In this document: in pieces, positions 12,391 to 25,938 of the stretch
Numbering within the stretch: position 1 is the first letter of the stretch
Layout: the number at the start of each line of letters is the position of its first letter
Assembly: GCF_009914755.1 (NCBI RefSeq)
Contig: NC_060935.1
Source of the DNA: the human T2T-CHM13v2.0 reference genome, Homo sapiens
Length of the DNA stretch: 64,000 nucleotides
Reading direction: 5' to 3' (one strand)
The notes under the pieces: generated by a model
Told to the model about the DNA's origin: nothing
What the model saw: only the letters and a program-made list of their open reading frames with translations
Database searches by the model: none
Position numbers and translations under genes: made by a program

Positions 12391-14540
12391 TAAATCAAAA
12401 GATACATGAGACATTTTCTGTTTTTATTATTTATGGAAAAAGTGATCACATTTTCTGCAGTAAAATTTGGGACATACATTTAAAAATAAATAGAATAGAA
12501 TAGAATATCCTAACTCAGGTCTACATTAAGAATGTACAATCCTTTAATTTACAACATAAGTCCAAAGATAGGATTTGAGGCAGAGAGTTTAAGTCATCAA
12601 TGCTTCATTAGAAAAACTTACAACAAAGTTGGGTAACCGCTAACTGCACAGGAAACATCAGTGAAAAACATCTATCATTATATATAATATACAAATATCA
12701 AACATTAATTACTACCATGTATTCAGAGCTTTTACATGTTACATATTATGCTTAGTGATATTTACTCTTACATTTTTTCCTTACCCCTTCATTTTAGAAT
12801 TAAGGGCACTGGTGCTCAGAGAGAGAAACAGATAGAGAACATTCCCTGTCCTGGTATGAGGAGGCAAGTATGAATGAGGCTTAACTATTCTGTGCCATAG
12901 ATCATATGACCTTCACAGAATAAAAATGTAGGGGGTCTCTACCTTTTAAACAGTATAGCTCTCTGTCTAAATGAAATTTTGACAGCAGGTGTCATCTACG
13001 TTTTTTTTTTTTTGGCAAGTGGAGGAACTTAAAGGAACAGGCAGAAGCCATTCTAAAAGGAAAGTGTGTTGGAGGTGAAGTGAGAAAGAGTGAAAAATGG
13101 TTTTCAGTTAATTTATCTAAGTTTATCTTCCAGCTGAGGAGTGAACTCTTGTCACCTTGTGAAATTAGGCAAAACAAAAGCCTTCCCACACAAGTCCCAA
13201 GTGACTCCAATATGCAAAGTACTCTCCTTCACCCTTCATACTTGTAGCATTAAACTGGGTCAGGAGGAAGAAGCTTGTATCCAAGATTTAAATGCAGGAT
13301 GCTCTGACTGAAGCCTGCATAAATGTAAAATGAGAGGAACTTGGTAATAAGCAAGCAAGGTATTAATTAGTACATATGTAGATTCCTAGAGAAAACCAAC
13401 CAAATTTAATCTTAGAATATCTTTACTTTTCAATGTATAAGATAATAAGATAATATTTAGCCTGGCCTCACTTTAAAAATTACCTCTCTTAATGAAATAC
13501 AAGAATACTTGCAAGAAATAACAGTACAGTTGTGTATAAAACTTATAACATTAAGCAAAGGAAGCAGTCTCTCTCTCTCCTCCCCCCACCCCCCCCCCCA
13601 GCTCTGTCTCTATTTCTTTTCCCCCCATATTGAAAAAAGAAGCACTTCATAATACAATACATTTTAAAGAACCAAAAAGGGGCAACAGATCTCCTAAAAA
13701 AAACTGTTCTCTCTTTGAGAACATGCATTTCTAGGAGTTGCACAGATATAGAATTCTGAATATCAAAGTAACACAGATGTCCATATTTGCTTTCAACTCT
13801 ATAGTGGCTGACAGAACAAAGAAGCAGAAAGGCAATTTAGAGAAAGACAGTTTAGGTCATTTAAAAAGGGCAAGTGAGAGATTAGACACGTTTGGGGCAT
13901 GGGTGTATTTCTATTTTACGTTGTTTCTATGTCATCTCTTACGAATAGCTGCTACTTATCTACTCACCCCCTCCTCCAATGTGAACAGTAAAAAACAGAA
14001 ATGTGTTACCTATGTTATATCATTAGATTTTCTCAAAAATAAACTGAGATAACTATCATATCTACTTTAAATCTTTGTGAACTGGGTAAAGGAGAGTATA
14101 ACAATTCCAAATCTCATTCAAGATCACACAGCAAGTAAGTAAAATAAAATGAAGTCACGAATATAAACTGACTTCAAAACTTATGTTCTCTTCACTTTAC
14201 AGGAAAAAATTAAAGGAATAAAAAGAAGGCAAAAGATAACTTTCTCCCTACCCCTGAATTAGGTTTCTGATGGTTTACTGTTCTACTAATTCAACACTGC
14301 CTAATAAACATCTACACTCTGCATTTCTGGCTGCCTTTACCACCTCATTTAATAAGCCACGCCCCTTCAATATTTAAATGGAAGGCAAATACTCATATTC
14401 AACTGTTTCCCCTCACAGAAAAAAAGTTTAACTATTTTAAAATAATGTTTGAACTATTTAGAAGTGCAGTTTCGTGGGATGAACTGCATTTAATAGAGCA
14501 GATACAGTGACGACCTGCTCTCAGAGGGCTTGCAACTCAC

Positions 14541-14624
14541 TTCAGGAAACAGAGCACAAGCTCATTAATTGAACAATTAGTTAACAGCCTCTTAAATGGC
14601 AGGTACTGTTCAAGTTCCTAAGAA
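14541..14624 (-). other. Candidate 84-nt non-coding exon (L2-derived)
   Basis: Minus strand: tactttttatttcctgcag|TTCTTAGG...CCTGAA|gtgagt; stops in all three frames. Confidence 0.25.
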
Positions 14625-15409
14625 CTGCAGGAAATAAAAAGTATTGTGGCTAAGCAGTATCTGCCATAGGCACAGGAAAAGCAACTTCAACACATGATAT
14701 ATATTTGCCAGCCCTATCCTAACCCATACATGAAGAGGAATTCTGGATTCTTCTTTTCTTCCTTTCTGTTTTTTACTGCTTTAAGCTCACAGTTAGAAAC
14801 TTTATTAAAAACAAGAATTCCAAAGACAACTCAGAGGAAGAAATCAAATGAAATAAATTTGCACCAGAAACTTAAATCTTTGGTCAGCACTAATCTAATA
14901 TCAAATACTAGCTGAAACACTCAGGTTTTGTAAGACTGATTTAGGTTCAGAAGCAACAAACCCTTTTGGTCTTTTGGGTTAAAGTACATTTTACAGGTAA
15001 TAAAAAGAAATGCTTTTGAAGTAGGACAAACAAAAGCCTGGTGCTTCTAGAAATCTTAGGAGTGGCCTTTCTTGACTTCCAAAAGGTTAGTAACTTAACT
15101 ACAACATAAAACAGAGACAACTCCAGAGACAAAGCACGGAAAAGTGCAGAGGAAGGTGCCCATGATTTCAGCAAAGGAAGGCAGGACAACAACCATTAAG
15201 TACTTTTTTTTATTCAACCATGGGATAACTGTAATAATTCTTAGGCCTGAAAAGCAACATAAATAAGTAATCATACATTATGGGATCAGTGACATACACT
15301 CTGATTCTATTTATGAATCACAGTACTTGACTGTATTACTTATTTATGTTATTTACCGACCTAAGATTGAAAGCCAAATATTCTGCTGATAGAAATTTCT
15401 TAAGCTTAC

Positions 15410-15584
15410 AAAACTGCTGAAGTTCAGCACTCCAGAAAGCAATTCCCCCCTCCGCCCCCAGTTTGGATTATATCCGTGGCATTTAACACAAGTGATTAAA
15501 CTGCTAATAGCAATTTTGCTCAGCAACTTCCACCAACTTTTACTGTCTATATCCCAAAGTCTTATCTGTGCCAGGGTATATCAC
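15410..15584 (-). other. Candidate 175-nt non-coding / 5'-UTR exon
   Basis: Minus strand: branch-like ctcac, acceptor ctctcgttcttcatctttag|GTGATA, donor TTTT|gtaagc (alternative donor TCG|gtaaat, exon end 15357); apparently unique sequence; stops in all frames. Confidence 0.35.
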
Positions 15585-16028
15585 CTAAAGATGAAGAACG
15601 AGAGTTGTATGTGAGTTTAAAGCATATATTTTGCTTATTTGGTATGTTGGACTATGATTTTTAATAAGCAAAGTCAAACTTTTCAAAATGAACTATATAA
15701 AATTTTATAAATTTGCTCTAATTGAATCCTCACTCCCAAAGAAGGTAATTGAAAGCCTTCTCTATTTAGTGAAATCTAAATTTAAAAAGAAAAAAAGAAA
15801 TTATCATTGATTTTCCTCCATGCCACAGAGTGCCCTCTGCCCCCAACCCTTCACTTTCCCAACAACCTGAAACTACTGAGCTTACTGAGCTAATAAATTC
15901 ACATCAGCAGGCAGAGGTAGCTGAAAGCCAATACCAGTTCAACGTCTCTCAGAGCTTCACTTCAGCAGGATGCTTATTTACTGCTCCTAGCACAAGAAAG
16001 GGAATAGAATGGAATGAAAACTGGTTTT

Positions 16029-16087
16029 TATCTCACCCCTAAAATGTGTCTCACCCCTACAATACATTTATCTCACCCCTACAATAC
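16029..16087. repeat. Short tandem repeat, about 3 copies of tatctcacccctacaat
   Basis: Three copies of tctcaccccta. Confidence 0.85.
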
Positions 16088-17477
16088 TTAGACAATGCTC
16101 TAAGTATTTTACACACATCCTATAGAACTGTGACTTAGACCACACTGGGTTTTCACATTGACATCATCAACTCCTTAGTATGTAATTTAGCTTCTCTGAG
16201 CCCCACTTTTATCACATTTAAAAAGGAACTATCAGCACCATAACAACAGGGTGATGAAAAAAAAAAGAGCAGGGAGTGGTGGCAGTTGTGGGGGGGTGGG
16301 CAATTATTCTTACCTTAGTGGGTTGTTATGAAACCAAACTAAGATAATGGAAAGTTGGTTTAAATCCAGAAGCCACAAACACCTGTTAGCTCATGCATTA
16401 AGGTCCATTTTAAAGGCAATAAAAACTATTGTTTTTTGCACAGAACAGACTTCAGATTTTTCCTGAAGTCAAGTGGCATTTCTGGACTTCCAAATAGCTG
16501 TGAACTTCTCAACGGCAACTTGCATAGAGTTATGTACATACTTGTAAAATTGGATGTCAAGGGAATGGGGCAAATATTTGTTACAACGCCTACCATATGC
16601 TAACTTGGCAATTTACACTCCTTACAAAATAGAGTAGGCACAAGTTTAAGGGCATTTCCTTCATAAAATAATAAATACACTTCTCTGGATAGAAACTGTG
16701 TTAGATATTTCTAAAAACTATAATTTTAGGAAAACCCTTTAGAGAGGACAGTAGAAATAATTTCTAATATTAATTAAATAACCATTTCAAATAGCAGTTT
16801 TTACTTTGAATGTGATAAGGAAAATAAATCATTTCCCTTAGTTATTTACAAACTAAAAGTTTAGACCCCAAATCTATTCTGAAAACTCAATAAAGCTAAG
16901 CAAAGAAAAAAATAAACTACCCACAATACCTCACTTCCCAATCTCCATCACCTGGGAATGATCTTTTCCAGCTGAGGTAAACTTTTATTTTTGTTTCTAC
17001 TTGTTCACAGACAACTTTAAAGGTAAACAGCTCATCTCTTTTCTATCCTCTTCCCTAATGTTAAAAATTCCTTGAAATTTTATTTGCCTATTGAACAACC
17101 TCTGCAAATCCCTCCAAATTGCTCCTCCTCAGCCTTCACCACACAACTGAACCTATTAGGCAGGCAGAAAAGAACATATTGTGAAAAAAATAAAAATGAA
17201 TGGTGAAGTAATGGGGAAAGCACAACTCTAAAGAAAAATAGCAATGAAAGGAAGAGAAGCAGGGGGTTAGGACTGAATATGGAGTCTTTTTTATCATGAG
17301 GTGCAGGGCAAACATTTTGGAGGAATAAGTCATTACCATAACTTCATAGGAGAGCTGCTGTAAGATACACTGTATGAGATTTGGAGTACTAGGAAAACAC
17401 AAATGCCAAGAATTTTAGTCTTTTCTCAGAAAAAAAAAAAAAAATCAACAAAAGGATTAAATATCAAAGAATTTCTC

Positions 17478-17780
17478 CAGGGCAACATTTCCTAACCTAT
17501 GTTTCATGGAATACTGGTGTCTTTCAGGGTGTTAATGAAAAAAAAAAATTTTGGGGAAAAAATCTGACATCAATTAAGTTTGGAAAATGCTAATACTTCC
17601 TAATAATAAGACTTCTCATTGACTTTAGTAAGCTAATGTGTGATGTGCACCTACCTCTAAGACAGTGATACAGCATGCAGAGTGTCCTAAAGTTATTAGA
17701 GTTTGGATTACTTTTTCATTTAAAAGCAAAAACAGAAACACTGAAGATACCCTTGGTAATATTATTTAGGAAATTCTGTT
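17478..17780. mobile_element. hAT-Charlie element (MER112/Charlie4-like), diverged
   Basis: catttcctaacctatgtttcatggaatactgg...aagtttggaaaatgct...tttaggaaattctg. Confidence 0.5.
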
Positions 17781-17914
17781 TTATATTTACTCTGGGCTAT
17801 TTGTGCTGTATTTAGAGCCAGATTTCAAATCCAAGAGGGCAGGGATACTTTTGTTTTGAAAATTTTTTTAATCTCAGGAACTAATATATAGATAACATGC
17901 AATAAACATTTATA

Positions 17915-18180
17915 GGAGTAGTATATAGAACTTTAGTTCTGGAGGTAGACAGACCTACATTTTAATCTTCCTGTGTTTGCTTTATGATAGATGCAAATTT
18001 GGGTAACTCATTTAGACTCTCTATGGCTATGATTTCTTATCTACAAAATGGAGTTAATAATATTTTCTTCATAGGGCTATAGAAAAATTGGAGATCAATT
18101 TATATAGTGCATATGAAAAGGTTAGCATAATAACCAGAAGCCAGGAATTGTGCAATAAATTCTATCACCATTATTGTTGT
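17915..18180 (+). mobile_element. MIR SINE
   Basis: tttcttatctacaaaatggagttaataata...cttcatagggcta core. Confidence 0.75.
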
Positions 18181-18954
18181 TATGCAGTGATTTGTCTTAG
18201 TACATATGACTTTCCGCACTAAATCTTGCCTATTGAACAACATGTACAAATGCCCACAAATTCTCCTTCTCAGCCTTCATCATACAGCTGGCTGTACTGG
18301 CTATATACATTTTGATTAATATATTTTTACGAATGAAAACTTTTTCAAATGGTAGCTATCTATATACATCATAGTCATTTATTCATTTCAAAGGCTATTA
18401 TATTAAATATATTTTAATGCTATTTAATCAATGAATATAGATGTAATAATAAGGAGATTATGTAAATCATGGTAAACAGTGATCTAAATTGATGTCTAGT
18501 TGTCTCTTATTTAAGCTGGAAAAATGTAGAATTTAATAACAGAAACTCAAATAACCTTAAATTTCTTTAGGCCTGCAAATCATCTTTTTTACTAAAATAA
18601 ACTGAAGAATTACAGTATGGCTGCACAGCCTGAGAAGAAAGAAAACAGGAGAGCAGGAACTCTGAACTCAAAATTCCACCTCTCAGTGTTTGCTTCACTG
18701 ACTTACCCTGAGGCAGTTACTCAGTGTCTTTAAGCTCAGCTCTCTCATTATCTCTGTAAAATATGGATGATTTTTACAAGATTCCAGTAAGAGAATTGGT
18801 AATTAATTGTACAATAGGGTCTGAAAATACAAGCTGGTATAAAATATTTAATACTTAGTCAGAAATTTACAAGTAACTTAAATACTGTATTTTTGTTATA
18901 ACACTGAATGGTTCATATTAGAAGGAATTGGTGGCGCAGGAGTGGGAAAAATAA

Positions 18955-19170
18955 TATTTTTTGAGTGCCAATGTACCCGTCACTTACTTCATTTAAATTC
19001 CACCACAATGATCTTAGACAAGGAATAGTATCCAGTGCTCATTTTATAAACCAGAAAACTGGGTTCAGAAAAATTGATAAAGTCATCCAAGGACACTCAT
19101 ACAATAAAACCAGGATTTAAAATGTCCCATGGACATCAAAGCCCTTGTCTTTTTATTGGACTACTCTAAC
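18955..19170 (-). mobile_element. MIR SINE
   Basis: cattttataaaccagaaaactgggttcagaaaa...ccaagg. Confidence 0.65.
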
Positions 19171-19499
19171 ATTCCTTATCATTATTTTCTATTCATTCCT
19201 TTAACACTTTCTCTATGTAAGGGATTATCTTTAACAAGGGTTATTCAAAAATAAGGAAGACAGCTTTTGCCCTCAAGGATCTTACAGGCAAAGTATACAG
19301 AAACCTGCCTCACCTTTATACAGTGCTGATTGCAATATAAGAAATCTTTTATATGTTCTATTTCTAACAACCTATAATGTTATGCCATAACATTGATTTT
19401 ATTTTTGTTGTTAAAAATCAGTAATATTTTATTTACAGTGTACCATAAACAGGGCTCTCAAATGATTAATTTATACCCAGTGTCCATAAAGCATATACT

Positions 19500-19739
19500 T
19501 TTTTTTATTACACTTTCAGTTTTAGGGTACATGTGCACAACGTGCAGGTTTGTTACAGATGTATACATGTGCCATGTTGGTGTGCTGCACCCATTAACTC
19601 GTCATTTAACATTAGGTATATCTCCTAATGCTATCCCTCCCGCCTCTCCCCACCCCACAACAGGCCCCAGTGTGTGATGTTCCCCTTCCTGTGTCCATGT
19701 GTTCTCATTGTTCAATTCCCACCTATGAGTGAGAACATA
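19500..19739 (-). mobile_element. L1PA3/4 3' end, 5'-truncated, with TSD
   Basis: Reverse L1PA 3'UTR (gggtacatgtgcacaacgtgcagg...cccacctatgagtgagaacat); flanking catatactt at 19492 and 19743. Confidence 0.95.
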
Positions 19740-20471
19740 TAACATATACTTCTTAGCAAGCCTATGACCATGACTGTATTAGCTATATACATTTCAATCA
19801 AAACAGTTTTACAAATAAAAACTTTTTTCAAATGGAAGGCATAGGAAGAAATGGTCTAAAATGTGTACCTGTTGAAGTAGGTAGGTTCCCAGAATTTCAC
19901 CTTGCTTCTCTTTGGTATAGTATTGAAATTCTCAAATTTAAGTGAAGAATAACTGTAAATATTATGTAAACACCATTGTTTAAATAAGGAAGATCACTGA
20001 ATATCTCAGTTTGAAGACACTGATGAGAAGGCAAGGTGCTGGAAAGGAGGGCAAGGTGGATAACCTAAAATCAAAATAAGAATACCTGGCAACCCCTGCC
20101 CATTCTCCTAGATGGCTCCTAGTACGAAGTAGCTCCCCATTAGTAAAAACTGCCCTAAATCTCAACCTGCTTATTTTAGCTCATTTGTAATCAGAGTCAG
20201 ACACACAAAAAGAGGCAATGAAATTCAACCATTGTGTGATTTTATGATTTTATGAATCATCAGGGAAATATGCTGAGTAAAGAAGGAAGGTAGAACATTA
20301 TCCCATTGCTATAGGAATTTTCACCCAAATAAAGCATAAGGGCATTCAAGGGAGCCCCAATATTACATAGAGAGCAATATCAGTGCCTTGATAAGTGGAA
20401 TAATAATGTAATTCTGAAAACACTCATTCCGCAATCTCCAGTGACACACCACTCTTGCTGATGCATATGGA

Positions 20472-20652
20472 TTAGGTTCTCAAAGTGTGGTTTGCCAGAC
20501 CAGCATCAAGAGCAAATAACCTGGGAGCTTGTAAGAAATGCAAACTCCCAGGCCCCACACCAGACTCACCGAATCAGAAACTCAGTCAGAGCTTGTGCCT
20601 TAACAAATGCTACAAGGGATCATGATGCATGTCAAAGCTTGATATCACTGAT
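20472..20652. mobile_element. MER5A hAT-Charlie DNA transposon
   Basis: ggttctcaaagtgtgg...cctgggagcttgtaagaaatgcaaactcccaggccccacaccagac...gaatcagaaactc. Confidence 0.9.
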
Positions 20653-21039
20653 CTAAGAATATTTACACACATAAACAAAGAAAAGTGTACTTAGTGATTA
20701 TGTTGAGTACTTCTTAAAATAGGGAAATAAAATAAAGCAATATTAACTAAGCTCCTATTACAAATCAGACATCTGATATTTAATTTCTATAACCTAATTA
20801 TGTACATATTAGAATATTTATATACCTCAAATTACCATGACATGAACCTCCACTGAGTTTGCTCTCACTAACAAGCCTCCTTCAAAGTGTTCTCCAGCTA
20901 TTTACTAGGAGTTCCAAGAGGAGGTCTTATGTCTGCCTCAGAAAATGTTTCTTCACCAACAATTGATACTGGGCTTAAGCTAGTGGATCCTGTCTTTATG
21001 TGTTTTAGCCGAAGCACAAGACAGATTGAATGACTGAAA

Positions 21040-21307
21040 AAAAAAAAGGAGGATGCCATGTTGCATCTATCAAATAGACAAAAATCACTGAAGTATTGGT
21101 GAGGATGAAGGGAAACATATACATTGCTGTTGACATTGTCAACTGCTACAACCACTTGACAAAGAAATTTGGCAATATGCGTGAAGTTAAAGGTGCACAT
21201 ACCTAGTGTTTCATTTTTATTCATAATCCCTAGAAACTCTGGCACAACTGCACAAGGAAATGTATATAAGAATGTTCACTGCAGAATTGTTTATAAAAGT
21301 ATAAAAT
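21040..21307 (+). mobile_element. Old L1ME fragment, continuing at about 23650-24060 beyond the L1PA insertion
   Basis: tattggtgaggatg...tttggcaatat...cacaaggaaatgtatataagaatgttcactgcagaattgttt. Confidence 0.7.
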
Positions 21308-23637
21308 CAAGGCTGGTTCAACATATGCAAATCAACAAACGTAATCCATCACATAAACGGAACCAAAGACAAAAATCACATGATTATCTCAATAGATGCA
21401 GAAAAGGCCTTTGACAAAATTCAACAACGCTTCATGCTAAAAACTCTCAATAAATTAGGTATTGATGGGACATATATCAAAATATTAAGAGCTATGTATG
21501 ACAAACCCAAAGCCAATATCATACTGAATGGGCAAAAACTGGAAGCATTCCCTTTGAAAACTGGTACAAGACAGGGATGCCCTCTCTCACCACTGCTATT
21601 CAGTGTAATGTTGGATGTTCTGGCCAGGGCAGTAAGGCAAGAGAAAGAAATACAGGGTATTCAATTAGGAAAAGAGGAAGTCAAATTGTCCCTGTTTGCA
21701 GATGACATGAGTGGATATTTAGAAAACCCCATCGTCTCAGCCCAAAATCTCCTTAAGCTGATAAACAACTTCAGCAAAGTCTCAGGATACAAAATCAATG
21801 TGCAAAAATCGCAAGCATTCCTATACAACAATAAAAGACAAACAGAGAGCTGAATCATGAGTGAATTCCCATTCACAATTGCTACAAAGAGAATAAAATA
21901 CCTAAGAATCCAACTTACAAAAGATGTGAAGGACCTCTTCAAGGAGAACTACAAACCACTGCTCAATGAAATAAAAGAGGACACAAACAAATGGAAGAAC
22001 ATTCCATGCTCATGGATAGGAAGAATCAATATCATGAAAATGGCCATACTTCCCAAGGTAATTTATAGATTCAATGCCATCCCCATCAAGCTACCAATGA
22101 CTTTCTTCACAGAATCGGAAAAAACTACTTTAAAGTTCATATGGAACCAAAAAAGAGCCCGCATTGCCAAGACAATCCTAAGCAAAAAGAACAAAGCTGG
22201 AGGCATCATGCAACCTGACTTCAAACTATATTACAAGGCTACAGTAACCAAAATAGCATGGTACTAGTACCAAAACAGTTATCTAGACCAATAGAACAGA
22301 ACAGAGGCCTCAGAAATAACACCACACATCTACATCTGATCTTTGACAAACCTCACAAAAACACGAAATGGGGAAAGGATTCCCTATTTAATAAATGATG
22401 CTGGGAAAACTGGCTACCCATATGTAGAAAGCTGAAACTGGATCCCTTCCTTACACCTTATACAAAAATTAATTCGAGATAGATTAAATACTTAAATGTT
22501 AGGCCTATAACCATAAAAACCCTAGAAGAAAACCTAGGCAATACCATTCAGGACATAGGCATGGGCAAGGGCTTCATGACTAAAACACCAAAAGCAATGG
22601 CAACAAAAGCCAAAATTGACAGATGAGATCCAATTAAACTAGAGAGCTTCTGTACATCAAAAGAAACTACCATCGAGTGAACAGGCAACCTACAGAATGG
22701 GAGAAAATTTTTGCAATCTACCCATCTGACAAAGGGCTAATATCCAGAATCCACAAAGAACTTAAACAAATTTACAAGAAAAAATCAAACAACCTCATCA
22801 AAAAGGGGGGAAAGGATATGAACAGGTGCTTCTCAAAAGAAGACGTTTATGCAGCCAACAGACACATGAAAAAATGCTCATCATTACTGGCCATCAGAGA
22901 AATGCAAATCAAAACCACAGTGAGATACCACTTCACACCAGTTAGAATGGCAATCATTAAAAAGTCAGGAAACAACAGGTGCTGGAGAGGATGTGGAGAT
23001 ATAGGAATGCTTTTACACTGTTGATGGTAGTGTAAACTAGTTCCACCATTGTGGAAGACAGTGTGACTAATTCCTCAAGGATCTAGAAATAGAAATACCA
23101 TTTGACTCAGTGATCCCATTACTGGGTATATACCCAAAGGATTATAAATCATGCTACTATAAATACACATGCACACATATGTTTATTGTGGCACTATTCA
23201 CAATAGCAAAGACTTGGAACCAACCCAAATGTCAATCAATAATAGACTGGATTAAGAAAATGTGGCACATATACACCATGGAATACTATGCAGCCATTAA
23301 AAAGGATGAGTTTATGTCCTTTGTAGGGACATGGATGAAGCTGGAAACCATCATTCTGAGCAAACTATCACAAGGACAGAAAAGCAAACACTACATGTTC
23401 TCACTCATAGCTGGGAATTGAACAATGAGAACACTTGGACACAGGTCGGGGACATCACACACCAGAGCCTGTCCTGGGGTAGGGGGCAGGGGGAGGGATA
23501 GCATTAGCAGAATACCTAATGTAAATGACGAGTTAATGGGTACAGCACACCAACATGGCACATGTATAAATATGTAACAAACCTACGTGTTGTGCTCATG
23601 TACCTTTGAACTTAAAGTATAATAGTAAAAAAAAAAA
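21308..23637 (+). mobile_element. L1PA5/6, 5'-truncated, 2.3 kb; decayed ORF2 RT and C-terminal domains, 3'UTR and poly(A)
   Basis: ORFs 21380-23421 give [32 protein letters not shown]; stop at 21851 and frameshifts; G-rich 3'UTR and A tail. Confidence 0.97.
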
Positions 23638-24329
23638 AATAGTAAAAAAAAAAATGGAAACAGTAAGTAGGGGGGATAAACTCTTCATTTATTGCCACAC
23701 TATGCAGCAATAAAAAGAGTGCAGTAAAAATGATCACATAAGAATGAACATCACATGACACCATTTATGTAAAGCTTTAAAATCCGTAAAATAACACCAT
23801 ATATGTTCCGTTATATAAGAAAAATTAAAACCTGGATGAGTATGATACATAGCTGTACCAAGAGCAGGATTACTTTTATATAAGAAAGGAGAAGGGGATG
23901 AGGAGATCCCAGTTTTGCTGTGCCTATTTTGTTTCCCGAAAGTTGGGTTGTGAAAGAAATAAAAAATAATAACATCTGTTAGCTCTGTGTTTGAAGTATA
24001 TGCATGAGAATTTTGTTGTTTTCCATGTTTCTATATATGCTTGCAATATTGGATAATTTAAAAATTCTTAATTGAAAAATCAAATGCTAATTTAGACATA
24101 ACAATTATCTGAAAAATTAAACATTACTCTGATAACATCAGTATAAATTTCTAAGTTTTTCATCTGTTTTGTTTACCTATTTTTAGTTATTCCTTGTAGC
24201 TAGAACAGTACCTGGTAGATGGTAGGCATCCATAAATATTTATTCTATGAACAAATGAATCTCATTTTTGAACAGATTAAAATTTTCTGAAAAACACACC
24301 ACTGAACAGTTCCATTTTTCCACATTCCT

Positions 24330-24720
24330 TTATGGTCTTTTCCAATGTGCACATTATGTTACAGTATAATCAAAGTGCATATATCATTTTTATTATTTTT
24401 CACTTCACACTATAGCATAAATACAATTCCCTGTTTTAGTCTTAGGTCTTCCTAAGAATATGCTCATTTGATGCATCATAATTTTTTTAACCATTCCTCT
24501 ACAGGTTTCTAAATTTTTATTATTACAGATAATGTTGCAGTAAACATTGCTATATGGACAGCTTTGTGCTTGTATCTTTCTTCTTATGATATATTATTTC
24601 CTAATGATAAACTCCCAAAATTGAGATTCCTAGATCTATGGGCCTTGAACACCTTTATGGCTATTTTTACTTACTATATTCTGAAATGGTTATATGTATT
24701 TATACTGCCACCAATATCAT
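24330..24720 (-). mobile_element. Old L1ME fragment
   Basis: tttaaccattcctct...ttattacagataatgttgcagtaaacatt. Confidence 0.55.
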
Positions 24721-24859
24721 ATAACACATCATCCCTTCCTTTACCTATCAATCTTGCTAGATTCCCAGTCTCAGAATCATGAGATCAAGAGGGACTATAG
24801 AGATGAGGAAATCTAACCTTCCAATAATAAAGACACTAACCAGGTTTCTACTATAAACC

Positions 24860-25045
24860 AGACATTATTCAAAATACTTTACCTGAATTATCTCTGCTTC
24901 TCATAACAATCTTGCTTGGTAGGCATTCTTATCGCCACTTTACAGATGTTAAAACTGAGATTCAAGTAATTTATCCAGGGCCACCAATTAATGCATGATG
25001 TGCAGGATTCAATGTCCCCCGTATGTCCATTATTTAACTTACCTC
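24860..25045 (-). mobile_element. MIR SINE
   Basis: ccactttacagatgttaaaactgagattcaagtaatttatccagggcc. Confidence 0.7.
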
Positions 25046-25639
25046 CTAAATGAATAAAGTTTGAGGTATGATTCCAAAACACATTCACTACTGAGCAGGG
25101 TGATGTCAAAGAAATAAGTTCTAGAAGTTCCTAACTACCACAAGCAGGGTAGAAAAAATCAATAGTTCATCCTTTGCTCTCAAACGCACTTTACTTCATA
25201 GGGCCATACACAAATGCCCCGTCCAGAGCACTTCAATAGTTAGAGAAATTTGCTCCAGTTTTACCTACCTACCAGCTCAAGTGCCATTTCCACAGAAAGG
25301 TTGTGCGTAGTAGTAGGAGGATCTAAATAAATGGTTCCCGAGATTTTGCAATGGAAGAGAAATATCTAGTATACCAGAAGTTTTAGGATCATTAAAGGGG
25401 AGGGTATAATGAATATCTGGACAGATATTTGTGTGTGTGTGCATGCATGTGTGGATGCACACATATATGTGTGTATACAGACTCTTTCTTGGTATATTTT
25501 ACCACCACCATTTCTATCCCAAACCCCAACACACACAGCAAAAATTGGCCGAGTTATGTAAGTGGCAAGGGCTCTGGAAAACATAGATATATTCCTACCA
25601 GTTATCTTGACTTCATAGTAAGAACAAAGAATACTGTTC

Positions 25640-25938
25640 AATGGGTATAAAGTTTAAGTTATGAAATGTGAATATATTCTAGATATCTGCTGTACAACAT
25701 AGTGCCTATAGTTAACCATATAGTATTGTGCACTGAAAAATGTGTAAAGAAGATACATCTTTAAAAGAGGGATAGCAGTGCAAAACTTTTGGAAGTAATG
25801 GATATGTTGATTAGCTTGATTATGGTGATGGTTTCACAGGTGTATGCATAGATTCAAACCCTTAAATTGTATACATCAAATACATGCCATTGTTTGTATA
25901 TCAATTACACCTTAATAGTACTGTTAAAAAAAAAAAAC
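25640..25938 (+). mobile_element. L1MA9/L1MB-type 3' end with A tail
   Basis: tctgctgtacaacatagtgcctatagttaac...tagcttgattatggtgatggtttcacaggtgtatgcata. Confidence 0.85.

Noticed and set aside
17146-19774. The 18226-18352 chimera as a retrocopied spliced junction
   Set aside because: Minus-strand GT and AG exist near the donor ends, but the chimera retains both motifs; the join fits TG microhomology rather than splicing
21380-23421. L1 ORF2 as an active or novel reverse transcriptase system
   Set aside because: 5'-truncated, with no promoter, ORF1 or endonuclease domain, and with stops and frameshifts; an ordinary dead L1
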